A stretch of DNA of 64,000 nt from Camelus ferus (GCF_009834535.1 NC_045697.1:91576001-91640000), one strand, 5' to 3'; counted from the first letter of the stretch, positions 39,701 to 51,339 are shown. The notes: a model not told the origin generated them from the letters alone. A program made the numbers and translations.

Positions 39701-42700
39701 ATTCAGAGTAATTAGGATACAGGAAAAAACAGAGGGAGTAACAGAGGGAAAGACCCATTAAAATAACTCGAGTCTCTTGGGACTAACAGGGTACTGCTTG
39801 ATAAAGTGCGAAGAGAGGATAGAAGAAGGAACAAAACAATTCTTGAATTTTCTCCTTTTGAATATTTTGCATTAGACTGAACCAGAATTGACAGAGGCTT
39901 GCTTTCACTAATGAGAGTTTAATTGTTTTGTGCAGTGTTCCAATAATGAAAATGCATTAATGACAATTGATATTCTTATAAAGTAAGACTAAAAGGATTA
40001 AGATAGAATTTTCTACAAGGTAAATGATGAACATTGGAGTTGAATGGACGTGGGTACAAATTCCTGCTTTGTTGTTTACTTGCTTGTGACTTTGGATGAG
40101 TGACTTAACCTTATCTGTGAATCGTAGAGAATAAAAATACTCACTTCAAAGGTTTTTAGAGATGATGAAATGAGACAGTGAATGTCAGACACTCTATTAA
40201 ATGTTTAATACATAGAGCAAGCTCTCAAATGGTAGTTAATATTAACTATTGATGAAAATATTAAAAGAAATATAAATTAGAAGAAACAGAGCATTGCAAA
40301 TTCTATGTTCTGAATTTCAAGTATGGTGATGAAAATGTAACTTAGAAAATGCTTATGAGAAAGAGATACCATCCAAATACAGATGAATGGAGGTATGGAA
40401 AATTTCGAGGGAAAAGTAAAATTTATGAATTTGAAGTAAGGAGGTTATTAAAGAAGGTGTGAAAATGTTATTATAATTTAAAATCTCAGGAGGAAAGTTA
40501 TTGAAATGGAGAAAATGATGCTTTAAAAAAATGAAGATTTATGGAGTAGGAAAGAAGCCTGAGTTGATGGGAAGTAGAAATGGAGAAAGTCCTTGGTCGT
40601 AGAATCCCCAAATGCTCTTGGGCTCACTGGGAACAAGACAAAGCTAAAATAACCCATCACAATCACTGAGTTCTACATACAAAAGGGATAAAGTCCATAA
40701 AAAGCTTATCTGAAGACTTTTTCATACAGGATAACATACCAGTCATGAAAGAAGAAATTTTAAGGAGTAGCAAGAAATCAGAAATCAATAAGACACATAT
40801 ATGCTTTATATCTACTATATAAAAAGCTTTCTCCTAATCCATTTCCATAGCATTCTCTTAAATCTTTTCCTACTTGATTTCTAATAGGAAATCTCTACAC
40901 TTGCAACTCCTCTTTCTTAAATGTGTTTATCTCTTAGACTCCTGTATTTTGGTTTCTGTCTGTTGACGTTATCTTGTTCAACAGACTTAATGGCATCTTC
41001 TCATTTGTCTTGATTTCTTTGCAGCATGTGACATTGATGATCATTTCTCTCTTCTTGAGATTCTTTTCAGACTCCTCCTAGTTCTCCAATTAGTCCTTTC
41101 TGATCTCATTATTTTCTCTATTCTGGGTCCTCCAACTTTGTCTTTTCTTTGTTTTTGCTTTCAGGCCTCTCGGTTTTACATCCTCCACTATGGCCATCTG
41201 ATCCCCTCTGATGTCTTCAACCTTCATTTCTATTCAGATTTCTCCAACATCTGTATATATCTGGGCCTAAGTTGTCTCCAGAGCTTTAGTCCTACATTCC
41301 TGATAATGTTTGCTGAATATCTGCGTCTGAGTGTCCTGGCAGCAACTCAAACTTAACATTACTGAAACTGACATATCAATTCCCAAGTTTTGGCTGTGTG
41401 CCAATATCTAAGACTGCACCATTATTTTCTAATTCAGGTAGACAAGAATTGTCTCTGTTCTGTTTCTCTTGCCTGTTATATGCAGTCAGTCTCCGTGTCT
41501 TGTAACTTTGTGGAGTTTTCCCGTGAGCCAGTCTGTGAAGTACTATGAATGACCAGTGCGTGGAATCACTGTATTTTAAATCAAACTTAGCAAATGGTGA
41601 TTAGAAGGTCCATTAGAACCCTAGGCATTCCCTGATAGGAGGTCAGTCATGAGAGGGAATAAGTATTGTAAATAAAGCCTGGCTGGACTTTTAAAGTAGG
41701 AAGTGATAATAAATGAGAGAGGAAAGGGCCAAGGGCCCAGGAAACTGGGCAATCACATCCTCTCCAACCTCTTGACAACTGCAGTGCTTGAGCCTTGCCT
41801 CTCAGAGTAGGTTCCTCCAGGTAGCTTTGTTTGAGTTCTGTTGATAGCAGTGTGGCTGACACCTTTGAATATCCTAAAAGACTCCCAATACTATTTAGAT
41901 ATGAATGGGACAAGAGAAAAACATTTAGTTAAAAATTACAGATATTATTTCTTTAATTTTCTTTTTCCTCTGCTAGGAAGCATTTGAAAAACATTTGAAA
42001 GGAGGTGATTTGAAGAGTAAATTGGGCCATGTGATTGGCCCAGAATAATGTATAATGTAGTGTTGTATTTTGTGACTTCCCTGCTTTTCAAAACTGGAGG
42101 CTACATTTTGTCAGCTGTTTTCCTAAACCATACTTCCTGGCATCTCAAGGTTATATTCTGGTCATTTGTTTTTTGAACTCCCTCGCCTTCTCAAATGGAT
42201 TGATAACAATATAGTAAGACCCATTATGCAGTGCCTTTTTTAAGTAAAGCAAATGGATTTTTGCATCTTGCCTTACTGACAAGTTTGCAAATTGCCAATC
42301 TTTGCTCTTTTTTCTCCCTCCCAATTTTTCATGGTGGTAATTAAGGACTGTAAATTTCACTTTATCATTTGTGTTGGGAATAGTAGTATAAATCATAGTA
42401 ATAGCACCGTTTATTTCAGTAATGCCAGCCTGCCTGCAAATCACTTGTAAATTGGTTCCATGGATGTACCTCTATCAAATTAATCAAAAAACCACCTGCA
42501 TACATTTCGTGAGCTTATTTCAAAGGCTTAGTAACAGTGAGGAAGAAAGACCATTGCTGACCTTTCCATTTTTGTTTATTTGTGAGTTCTGAATGGCACA
42601 TGCATATGTTTACATTATGAACCCTGGCTAACATCTAACTGAGCTTTTTATGTAATGCTTTTTTTTTTAAAACACAGGTTGGGATTTGTGCCGCAAATAA

Positions 42701-45700
42701 TATGCCTACCCGATGGTCCTACTGTGGTCCTTACACAGTAGTAGTAATGTTTGATTGGACATAAAATTGTAAACCATTTAAGAATTTGTGAGAACTAATA
42801 CTTGTGCTGAAAAAAGATTTTTCAAGTGAGCATAATAGTTTTCAACATTGGGAAGTTAGACAACAGTCACTTATGTTTGCCCCTTGTACCCAGGGTGGTG
42901 ATATCAGTGTGTTATTCTGAATATGGAGGAAGAAAATAGAATCTTTTCTTATGTTCTTGCTTATGCTTTCTGGGCAATAGCTAAGACAACTCCAGTTCAT
43001 GTGAGGCTGGCTCCAGTGCACTGTTTATATACATACTGAGTTCTTCCCTCAATATGGCATGTTCTTTGGGAGACTTCCTGATGTCCAGCTTGCTTTTTAC
43101 GTATTGGTCCTGCCCTAATAGGAGAAAGGGGAATTTAAATTTAGTAATGGTGTATCCTTAATCTTGTTCTGAGTAAGACATTCTTAGGGGAAAAAAATAC
43201 AGGTTGTTTATTTTAATTTTACATTTGGAATTACAAAAATGCGGCAATCAAGTTCTGGGCTCAAATAAGAGAAACATGATAGTAAACACAATATATACCT
43301 TCATATTTTTATGTATGCTTTCCTTCTATTTCTGTTTCTGACATATAAACTTGGTTTTGAGAAATGATTATCTGCATGCAGATTCAATATTTCAGTGGGT
43401 TTTCATTGTATAGTCTTTAAGGTTAGCATAAGAAATCAAAATTAAGTATGGGGGCTTAACTTTCATAAGCAGCTTGCTTTTGCATCTAATTAAGAAGATA
43501 ATGACAAGTTTCCTTTAAATTCTTAGTAGTTACAGTATCTAGTTTTAGTTTCTGTATATTCTCCACTCTAGTCTCTACTATTTAATAGTCTATATTGAAG
43601 ACTTCACACTTGGGAAGTCGGAATAGTCTTTTAAGGAAATCCAGTCACTATTTTTTCTCTTCCTCTCCCTGGGTGAACTTGTAATTGGCAATAATTTACT
43701 TCGAAGAATTTCTTTTATTGGAAAAAGAAGAGACAGAAGCACCAGATGGCCTTGAATCTTGCTATTCTCTAAAGGAATTAGTCTAAATATTTTATTTCTG
43801 TGTAGTAAAATTAGAAAACCCCAGAGTAAGCTCAATACATTTTGAAATATTTGTTAAATAATTCTTTCAGTAACCATTTTAGAATTTAGTCCTAAGTATA
43901 TATGCAATAATTCTCATGGAGAAGAAGCTTTGGAAAGCAATGGGTTAAAATGTCAGGATATTAAGTAGAAGTTTGAAAGAGTGACAATTCTGATTATTAT
44001 GGACTCATTCTTGTGTGTGGAAGAAGCTAGTGTTGAAAACATCTGAAACATCTGAAACATCCCACAGAATAATACTGGCTTTGTCTATAGACCCATCCAT
44101 GAAAATATATTTGTAAATGTGTTTATAAATAATATACGATCAAAACATATTTTCATTGTCTAGGGTTGCAGTAATCCATTTTACCATATTAATGTGAGAG
44201 TGAGTAAATTAAAGTTAATTTAGCCACAGGGAAATTTTTTAGCCTATTGGATTTACTCTATTTATGAGACTTTAAAATATTTTAGTGTTACTTCTTAAAC
44301 AAAGATAAAAAGCAATAAAATTGTGTTGAAAGCCATCACATTTCATTTAACAATAAACATGTGATTAACTGATAAGTGCTCAAAGGTGGGGGAATAATGA
44401 TCTTTTATTCTACTCCTTTCACCTCTGTTCTCTTCTAAAATAAATCATTTCCAGACTGTCAACAAGCATGAGAAATGTCTAGCTAAAGACCTTTCTTTCT
44501 CAAAGACACTGAAAAGAAGGCCTTAGAGTGAAAAGTGCCATAACAATAGTAAGTGCATTCTACCAAGAATAAATAAAAATTGCAAAGCCTGACAGTGAAG
44601 AATACAGAGAGGAATTCAAGTGACTAAAGCTCCAATAAAGAATAAACCTTGTTTGTGAGGAATCTGTTCCAGTAAGAAATCAATCTAGGAACCTCTGCAT
44701 ACAAAAGCAGCTGGGCAGTTTTTTGAGCTGTAGGGAACATGCCGCTGAGGCCAGTAATCTTACCTGGGCAGTGGTCTGCCAACAGGTCTTCAGGCCTCAG
44801 CAATGACATCTGCCTTGGTCTTTTTCTTCACAAATTATTAGACCCTGAGTCTATTTATTCAGAGAGCAGCTGCCCTAAATCAGTGACAATCACATTGTCA
44901 TTAAAATAAATTTGGTACTGTATTTTTTTTACAGCTCTATTAACTTTACCATTTGACTTTCTACTTTGTAAAAGAGGAAAAATGAAAATTGAGAACTGTG
45001 AGTATATTGTTTGTTAAGTGGATGCCAACCAGATTAAAATCCCATCAACAGTGGTGGAGGCAACAGAAATAAAGTGACAGATTTAAAATGCTGCTGTCCA
45101 TTTAAGTGTCAAATAGAGTTAAATGTTTTGCTGAATTCTTAAAGTGGTTTGGCCCCATAGTACCTAGCATAATCAGCACTGAAAATTGGAACATAATTTT
45201 GTCTTGATATGTGGAGAAAGGTATGTGCACTTGAGGATTGAACGAATTGCTACTGAAAGTGGTATGTTAAAAATGCCTTTCATTAACTAAGACAAAATTA
45301 GTTATTTGAATGTATTTATTAGGCAGAATTGAATTCATTCATTCATTCATTCATTTATCAAACTTTCATTGAGTATCTTTTATGGACCTGACTGTGTTAG
45401 TGGCAGAGGATACAAAGTCAAATAATGTGCTGTCTCTGCTGTCTTGGAGCTTTCACTCCAATGACATGTATTCACTTTTTCAAAATGTTTTGTTAATTTA
45501 GTTAATGCTGATTGGATTTCTTACAAACCAAATTTTCTCTGAATTTTTTTTGGTATATATTTTCTTAATATCTACTTTAAATATCTCTGCTTCTATTTTG
45601 GAATACAAAAATAAAAAGCAAAGCAAAACGGAACAGCAAATATCACCAAGCCATGCTACTACACTAGAAGTCTGCAAAATAAGGAAACCTTCTTATCTCT

Positions 45701-48700
45701 GAAAAGAAGAAAAAACTTCTCTTCCATGTTAAAAACTGTACCTTTCCTTCTAGAGTGGTTCTTTGGGTTAGAAGTTCATTGATATCCTCATGCCACCTGC
45801 AAAATCTGGCACAATGTTAATATAGTAATACATTTCACACTTTTAGCTGTAGGTATACAATTTTACAGCACATTATTGTACAGGTTTAAATAAGAAGAAT
45901 TTAATCTCTAAATGAGAACCATTACAACCCTTCCCAAATTGTAAATATTACTGTTTAAAGAAAGAAAATGGCTATTAAAATGCATCAAAGTCACCAATGT
46001 CAACTTTCAACTTTTCTGGCTCGGTTTTACCTGTATTTAATATTATAAGTTCTAATCTTATTGAACACTCTTGGGATTACGTATGCGGCTTAATAAATAT
46101 GGGGATTCACAGGCCGATTCATTTATGCAACAAATATTCTGCAAGCATTTATCACATACAGGTTGTTGTTCATGTGGCTGCGGCTACGTGTGTGAACAAG
46201 ACAATCAAAGCTCCTTCCTTGAAGGAGCTCACATTCCAGGGGTAACTAGCCAAGAGTTCAGGTGGGGAAAATCCTGATGATTTTGTCCCACAGAATGAAC
46301 TGTCTGTCTTCAGGAAATGAAACACTGCAGTGTGGGACTTAAAAACACATACATTTACTCTTTTAACTGATATTTAGTATGTACCTACTATGTCTACAGC
46401 ATTGTTCTAGGCATTGGATCTTCCCTTAATATTCAGATTTAGGAGATCTTGAATGGATCCTAGGAATTTATCTTTTTTGTAAGCAATCTGCGTAAATTTA
46501 TAACCACACAAATTTTCTGAAATGACCACCTTAATCAGTTCCTTTTGAATGTGTGATCTTAGCTAGGTTTGTAATAAGAACTACATGGCAGAAAATTCAG
46601 TGGGTAGCAACAGCAAGCACACTATGATGATGGCTTCTGTTCTGTGCTGCTGACTGATAGAAGACTGTTGTAATCTTAATGAGACAAAATTGATGGCCAA
46701 CATGGTATTTCAGGGGAACATTGAAGAGCTTCTTATTTTCTTGCTGGAATGAAAACTCACCCTACTTAAAAAGAAGCTGTGCAGGAATGCCTCCATTGGA
46801 GCCAAAGCTTTTCTCAAAAAAGCAACTCTGGTTCTACTCAAAGGCTTAAATAAGCACTTGTTTGAAAGTGTGTAATTAGACGCCATAAAACTGGATAAGA
46901 TTGGTCTGCAGTATTTTGAGGACCAGATTTTAATGTGGCTCCTGAACCAGGTTTAAATTTTTCCAATGAAAAAAAATCCAACCATGAGCAATTTAGTAGG
47001 AGAAATTGGAGTAGGGTTTGAGAGGGTAGGCCCCAGGCTAACGCAATGCTGGGGTTTGGGGAAACAAGGGAGCTCTCCCTTGTGATAATATGTAAATTTC
47101 ATACTGGTGCCCTCCTGCAGCTACTATATCTTTTGCTTCACCACTCAGGGGAAAATTTAAAGAATTTAGCCACAGTGTATCCAAATATTGGGAGGTGGTG
47201 GAAAGGATGGAGGGGGGTGCGAATAGCCCAGAAATAGCTACCTCAATGTGTGACAAGTGCATTTACAATTTTTCTTAGGAACTTGCCTGCTGCCTAATAT
47301 AATAGGACACTTGACAGAGTCACTTTGGGAAGGAAGAGGGATGATAGTGTGAAAAATTAAAGGTGTTAAATCAACCACAGTTATAGAGTTCCCTGTGAAT
47401 AGCTACTTCTGTATACTCATTTATTCATTCATTAGTTGGCCTAATACTCATTAATCATTCAACAAACGTTAAGTGGGCTAGACAATGGGACTATGCTGGT
47501 GTACAGGGTAGACCTCATGTTTGACCTCTTAGAATTGTATTCTCAAGCAGAAGGGAATAGCAGACGATAACTATAAAGGTTATTTAGCTGGAGAATGGCT
47601 TGCTGCTGTAGTCTGAGTTCTAAACGTTAATCAGTTTTTCTGCAGCGCTTTCAGCAAATCAAAAATGTTATCCTGTCCTCCTGGTAAATTGGTAAAGGAA
47701 TTTAAGATGCTTACTTCAGGTGTCTGTTCATACTCAAGAGTCTGTTCTATGAATGTAGCTAGAATATCAGCTCTGTGAAGGCAAGGACTTTGTTTTGTGG
47801 ACACCGTGTGCCCAGTTCCTTGAAAAGTGTCTGCCACAGGGCAAGCCCTTAGTAAACACTCCTTGAATGACAATCCAGTGCTTGATAAAGTCAGGAATTA
47901 ATTTAAGTTTCTTGATACAGAAGCAAGTGGAAAGAAGAGAGGTATAAGAATGTTCTATTTAGATCCTAACATCTGTTGGAACTCATTGGGCTCAGATCTT
48001 ATAAAAATATCTTTTTTTGAAAATGGTTTTTGGAAAAATGACATCTCAAACAATGCTTGGTTCCTATGATACATTTATCACCTTAAAGTGAATCAGGAAA
48101 TTATAGCCATAATGAAGAGCTTTTGGGAATGTCTGTTCTGAAAGGAGGTCAAGCACGTTACTCAAGTTTGTCCTGGCAGCAGGATAGTGTATTGGGTTCC
48201 AATTATTTGACAATAGACCCTTTATTTTAAAAGTTCTTTTTAAAAAAATCCTAAAATGCAGACAACTATTGCTAGCTGTATGGAGTTGACAATACCACTA
48301 GTTCCAGAGCGTCCCTGGATAAAATGCCTCATGTACTTTCTTCTCTAGATGCAGAATAGACTGTTAGGGGAAATGACTGTAATCAGTGGATTGTGTTTAT
48401 CAGATGCCATAGATTTTAGTTTATGAGTCGCTTCATAGAAGTTGTCAGTTGTCCAGTGAACATTGTTACAGCAGTTCCCTGAACAGTTTTTTAAATTAAG
48501 TTGTCTTGATCTCTGAGGGAGTGCAGTTGGAAGAGCAGGGAAGGTAATTTGGCTCTTGACCATCACTGTTTTCCAAATGGGTAATTTTTAGAATGGGATT
48601 GTCAGTGATTCTGGCTGACTTCGCTTAATATTAGATTCTTCATTAGGGTTGACAGGATCTGTTTGGGAACAGGGGAATGAAGTCTTCAGGGAGATAATCT

Positions 48701-51178
48701 AAATAAAAAGAAATCCAATATTCTCTATTTGGAACATGGATGGTTTCTAAAATCTATCCCTTTTATGACTTGTCCCTGTTAAAAGATTTTATTAATAAGC
48801 ATTTATAAAAAGATGAACAGTTTAAAAAGGTAAAAATTGATGTCAGCAAAAAAAAGTTTCTAAAAAATTGCAAAACTGATTAAATTGTAAAATAGTTGTT
48901 GATGAATGAGTGACTCTGACAAATATAATAAATATGATTAACTTCTAAAATCGTGAGAAAGAACGAAGTGACTAACTCAAGCAGGTAGGGGCTTCTAAGT
49001 TCCATTAGACTGTCTCTGTGATTCAGGTCAGGTTCCTTGAGCTAAGGTGGCTGCTTAACAGGTCTCCAGAGTCTAGGTTTGCCTTCCAGGGGTCTAGCAT
49101 AAATATTAACAACTACAATAAAGTTAGAGCTAATGAGCAAACAAAGCAGTTTCACTTGCTTTTCCTTAGAGCTCTAAGCATAAAGAACCAGTGCCTAGGT
49201 CAGCAGTATAATTATGTCCTTATAAAAATTAGCTGTTTGCATAAATTGAATCTAACATTTTATATGTTTTATAGCAGACCATAAATACTTTCAACTTTTT
49301 ATAAATAGTAAAACTATGAATGGGGTGAATACTCAGTGGTGTTACTAATGGGTCTTCAACTTAGGAACTATGACTGACGAGCTTGCCTTACAAAGCAATC
49401 ATATCAGTTTTGCTTAATTTAAACTTTGGTTCTATTTATTTAACCCATTAAATCTGCCTCTCGAAAATTATGCTCTTTTGATGATTTCCTCCTAACTATG
49501 AAAGAAAGAGCTGAGTTTACAATTTAAAGTCAACATTACCTGCAAGCAATGGAATGGGATTAAATTTCTTCCTTGGGAATATTTTCCACCTGGTATTGAT
49601 AAAATGAATTTATATGCAATTCATGGATTGGGGATTGGAAGAATTTATGAAGCCTTTTATTCAACACCACATGAAGAGATTGAGGATGGACAAGGGCCTA
49701 ACTTGTAAGTATGCAAATAATTTGATTATGTATTTACTTTCAACTTTTACCTACAATGAGTTGTGAGAGGGGGCAGATAAGAGCTTTGACAACAACTCCT
49801 TAAGTTTTTTTTAATATCCCAGAAAGATCTTCATTGTATTTCTGGTAATAAGAATAAGTAGCCTATTCACAAATAAGTGATATATTAACCAAATTTTTTT
49901 TAAAACATTTTCTGATTTATATTGTATGAGCTAATTGGAACTGAAAATACCAGGGAACAATTGTAAATTATTTAAGCTTTCTAAAATGTAGAATTAAATC
50001 TACCAAGTAACCTGTTTTGTATAGTTACATTATTTTCTCAGCCCTACATAACTCCAACTCAAAGTCCAAATATGGTTTACTTTTTGCAAGTATTCCCTAT
50101 GTATTATATTTTATAAATGTTTGAGATTTTTGGTTTGATACCCACTCATTTCAGATGCTACACATTTTGAGGGAAGAGATACTTTAAGCATTCATCATTT
50201 TTTCACAGTACCTAAAATTTAAAAACTACACATACATATAAAATTATAAATATTTAAGTAAGTGTACTATATGTACAGTTTTTGATATTCTTTATGTATA
50301 GCACAGATGAATCATTTTCAACATTTTTGTTTGACCTATTTTTTTATACTTTAACAACTCTGTCATTTCGATCAACTCCTATCTAATTGAAAATGAATCT
50401 ACATAACAGTCAACCTGAATCAACTTCCTTCAGGCTGTACTAAGCACGGTACAGGACTGCATGATTTCTGTAAAAAAGCTTATGTACTTTGAAAATCCAT
50501 AGGTAAAGCTCATTTTATAGGAGAGTTATATGAATGAAAGTATTTAATTAGCATACAGTACTTCTTGTGACTTGAGTGACTGTGTTTGTAGTAGTCAGGG
50601 ACTCACAGAAACCACCAGTAAGACATGAGAGGATACCTTTATTATTGCATGATGAACCTTAGATTCAGACTATCTGGATATGCCTTAAAATGTGAACTCA
50701 ATAAACTGCTCATATAAACTTTTTTAGGTGAGATTTGAATTAAGAAAAAAATATATGTGTATATATAATTATTAGCATAGAAAGAATGATTTCTCACTTC
50801 TCAATGAATATTGTGGCAAGGTCTGCATATGTATGCATAAGAAAAATACATGCATATAAAAATATTTGATATATATTATATCATTTAAAAACAATATAGC
50901 AGATTAATGAACAATTTTTAAAGTAATTAAATAACATATATGTTTTTCTTTTTAATTTTCTTTGTATTTAATGAACAAATAAAGTGTGGCTGTGTACTGA
51001 ATACTTAAAATTTGAATTTTTTTTTTCCTATGTGACCTGAAGCCATCGCTTTGAGTATTTTAAACCTTTCAACCTGAAGTGGATTATCGGAGACGACTGG
51101 GAGCAGCCAGACTCAGAGCTGTGGAAAGAGCTTTGCTGCGATCCTTTACATTCTGACAACACGGGCTATAACTCATAA
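19440..51178 (+). CDS. C4orf33-like: Multi-exon UPF0462 / C4orf33-like paralogue (6 in-frame exons, 227 codons + stop; start codon unresolved; possibly a pseudogene)
   Basis: Exons of 58, 181, 61, 49, 200 and 136 bp, all with AG/GT boundaries and compatible phases, splice to [33 protein letters not shown]...[10 protein letters not shown]...[49 protein letters not shown]...LPWEYFPP...YAIHG...YEAFY...[16 protein letters not shown]...WEQPDSELW...GYNS*. Motifs are collinear with C4orf33 as recalled ([60 protein letters not shown]). Confidence 0.85.
19580..19980 (-). mobile_element. L2 fragment
   Basis: AAATCAGGGATCACTTCATGGAG...GGCATTCTGGTGATAGAGG...AAAGGCACAGAGGCAGGAAA resembles reverse L2b/c. 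Confidence 0.55.
23200..24193 (+). mobile_element. L2 3' fragments (at least two tails)
   Basis: CTAGATTGTGAGTTACCTAAGTGCAAGGGAAGTGTC and GTGGCATACATAGTACGTCCTCACTGATTATTTGTGGAATG. Confidence 0.55.
24194..24667 (+). mobile_element. Solo ERV1 LTR (MER34-like)
   Basis: TG...CA termini, 4-bp TSD AATG (24190-24193 and 24668-24671), AAGATTATTTTGAGCTG near the 5' end and TTCTTCCTCCCCAACA at the 3' end. Confidence 0.8.
24973..25153 (+). CDS. C4orf33-like: C4orf33-like exon ([10 protein letters not shown]...LWKYE)
   Basis: Acceptor TTTTGACAG|TTG, donor AAG|GTGAGA; 181 bp; 60 codons aligning without gaps to C4orf33 residues 1-60 as recalled. Confidence 0.9.
25900..26630 (+). mobile_element. L2 fragment
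   Basis: Pyrimidine-rich L2 3' region (CTAGACTATTATAGT..., TTCTAAAATGC..., AAATGTTACCTCTCCTGTGAATCCTTC). Confidence 0.55.
26822..26998 (+). mobile_element. MER53 hAT-type DNA transposon (MITE)
   Basis: GGATTTACTATAAAGCTAATGAAGGTTATGCTTCAGGGC ... CCCAAATTGTATAAGCTTC...CCTAGATCCACCTCTG matches MER53 with degenerate terminal inverted repeats. Confidence 0.8.
27545..27745 (-). mobile_element. MIR SINE
   Basis: CCATTTTACAAATGAGGAAGCAGAGGCTCAGAGAAGTT...CCTAAGATCACACAG. Confidence 0.8.
28150..28360 (-). mobile_element. MIR SINE
   Basis: TTTATTAAGTACTTACTATGTGCCAGACACTGTTCTAAG...AGGAAACTG...TTGTCCAAGGT. Confidence 0.75.
29250..29310 (+). CDS. C4orf33-like: C4orf33-like exon ([20 protein letters not shown])
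   Basis: Acceptor TTTTTTATTTGCAG|, donor |GTAAGT; 61 bp, phase 1 to 2; matches VVEAFFLNDITEQYLEVELC. Confidence 0.9.
30691..30719. repeat. Poly-T tract
   Basis: About 29 consecutive T. Confidence 0.9.
31110..31340 (-). mobile_element. MIR SINE
   Basis: CCATTTTATAGGTAAGGAAAC...AACTTAACCAAGGTTTCACAGCTAGTTAGTAGCAGAG. Confidence 0.75.
33000..33220 (-). mobile_element. MIR SINE
   Basis: CATTTTACAGGAAAGGAAACTGAGG...GGGATTCAAACACAG...CTCTTAACCAC. Confidence 0.7.
34388..34811 (-). mobile_element. ERVL-type LTR (MER76-like), truncated by the adjacent L1
   Basis: TTTATTATACTCATAGGTCCTAG...CATGGGGAAGCACTGG...GGTCAGGAGCCAGAAGG resembles MER76; reverse AATAAA present. Confidence 0.6.
34812..35480 (+). 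mobile_element. L1 3' end (L1MA/MB-like) with A-rich tail
   Basis: GGGAACCCTTGCATACTGTTGGTGGGAATGTAAATTGGTGCAGCTGCTATGGAAAAC and AATGGAATATTATTCAGCCATAAAAAAG; A-rich end. Confidence 0.85.
36527..36575 (+). CDS. C4orf33-like: C4orf33-like exon ([16 protein letters not shown])
   Basis: Acceptor CTTTTTGTTTGCTTAG|, donor |GTGAGT; 49 bp, phase 2 to 0; matches [11 protein letters not shown]. Confidence 0.88.
38515..38925 (-). mobile_element. L1 3' end (L1MA8/9-like)
   Basis: GTGGTAAGAACA...CATGAGATCTACTCT...CAGATCTCTAGAGCTTATTCAT...ATTTCACTTAGCATAATGTCCTC. Confidence 0.8.
38992..39202. mobile_element. MER3-like hAT-Charlie MITE
   Basis: CACTATCCAGCAGAAG...GGTAGCCACTAGCCACATG...GTGGCTAATGGCTACCATATTGGACAGTG with internal inverted symmetry. 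Confidence 0.8.
40030..40240 (+). mobile_element. MIR SINE
   Basis: TGTGACTTTGGATGAGTGACTTAACCT...ATACTCACTTCAAAGGTT. Confidence 0.6.
40820..41520 (+). mobile_element. L2 ORF2/3' fragment
   Basis: GCAGCATGTGACATTGATGATCATTTCTCTCTTCTTGA and CTCAAACTTAACAT resemble L2. Confidence 0.55.
45330..45465 (-). mobile_element. L2 3' end with (ATTC)n tail
   Basis: ATTCATTCATTCATTCATTCATTTATCAAAC...TTGAGTATC. Confidence 0.65.
49505..49704 (+). CDS. C4orf33-like: C4orf33-like exon (KELSLQF...LPWEYFPP...YAIHG...GQGPN)
   Basis: Acceptor AAAG| after a pyrimidine tract and CTAAC branch-like motif; donor |GTAAGT; 200 bp, phase 0 to 2; 66 open codons homologous to QELPLSF...LPWSYFPP...FAIHG...YEALY...GQKPD. 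Confidence 0.9.
51043..51178 (+). CDS. C4orf33-like: C4orf33-like last coding exon ([28 protein letters not shown]...GYNS*)
   Basis: T-tract then ...CCTGAAG|C acceptor, phase 2 start, TAA at 51176-51178; matches FHCLEYFKSFNF...WKQPESDLW. Confidence 0.88.
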
Positions 51179-51278
51179 GGAAAGGCATTCCATATACCTC
51201 CACCTTTTGGCCTCATTTGGACAGCTGAAGTAAAATCATTGTCTGCTACCACTGTAAATGTTCCAACAACATGCCAGA

Positions 51279-51284
51279 AATAAA
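51279..51284 (+). terminator. Candidate polyadenylation signal of the C4orf33-like gene
   Basis: AATAAA 100 bp downstream of the stop codon; a second AATAAA lies at 51501-51506. Confidence 0.4.
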
Positions 51285-51339
51285 TCATTTAATTGAACAT
51301 GACTTCTACACTTTATCTTTTACTACACAATGATTTTTT

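Noticed and set aside
42151..42444. 97-aa minus-strand ORF
   Set aside because: No recognisable homology or splice context; length is compatible with chance.
42678..42740. Possible extra exon after the T-tract acceptor AAAACACAG
   Set aside because: No convincing donor, and the C4orf33 alignment leaves no gap between exons 36527 and 49505.
19440..51178. Calling the gene the true C4orf33 orthologue or a processed pseudogene
   Set aside because: Identity is too low for an orthologue, there is no start Met or CpG island/SCLT1 context, and introns are retained at family positions, which excludes retroposition.
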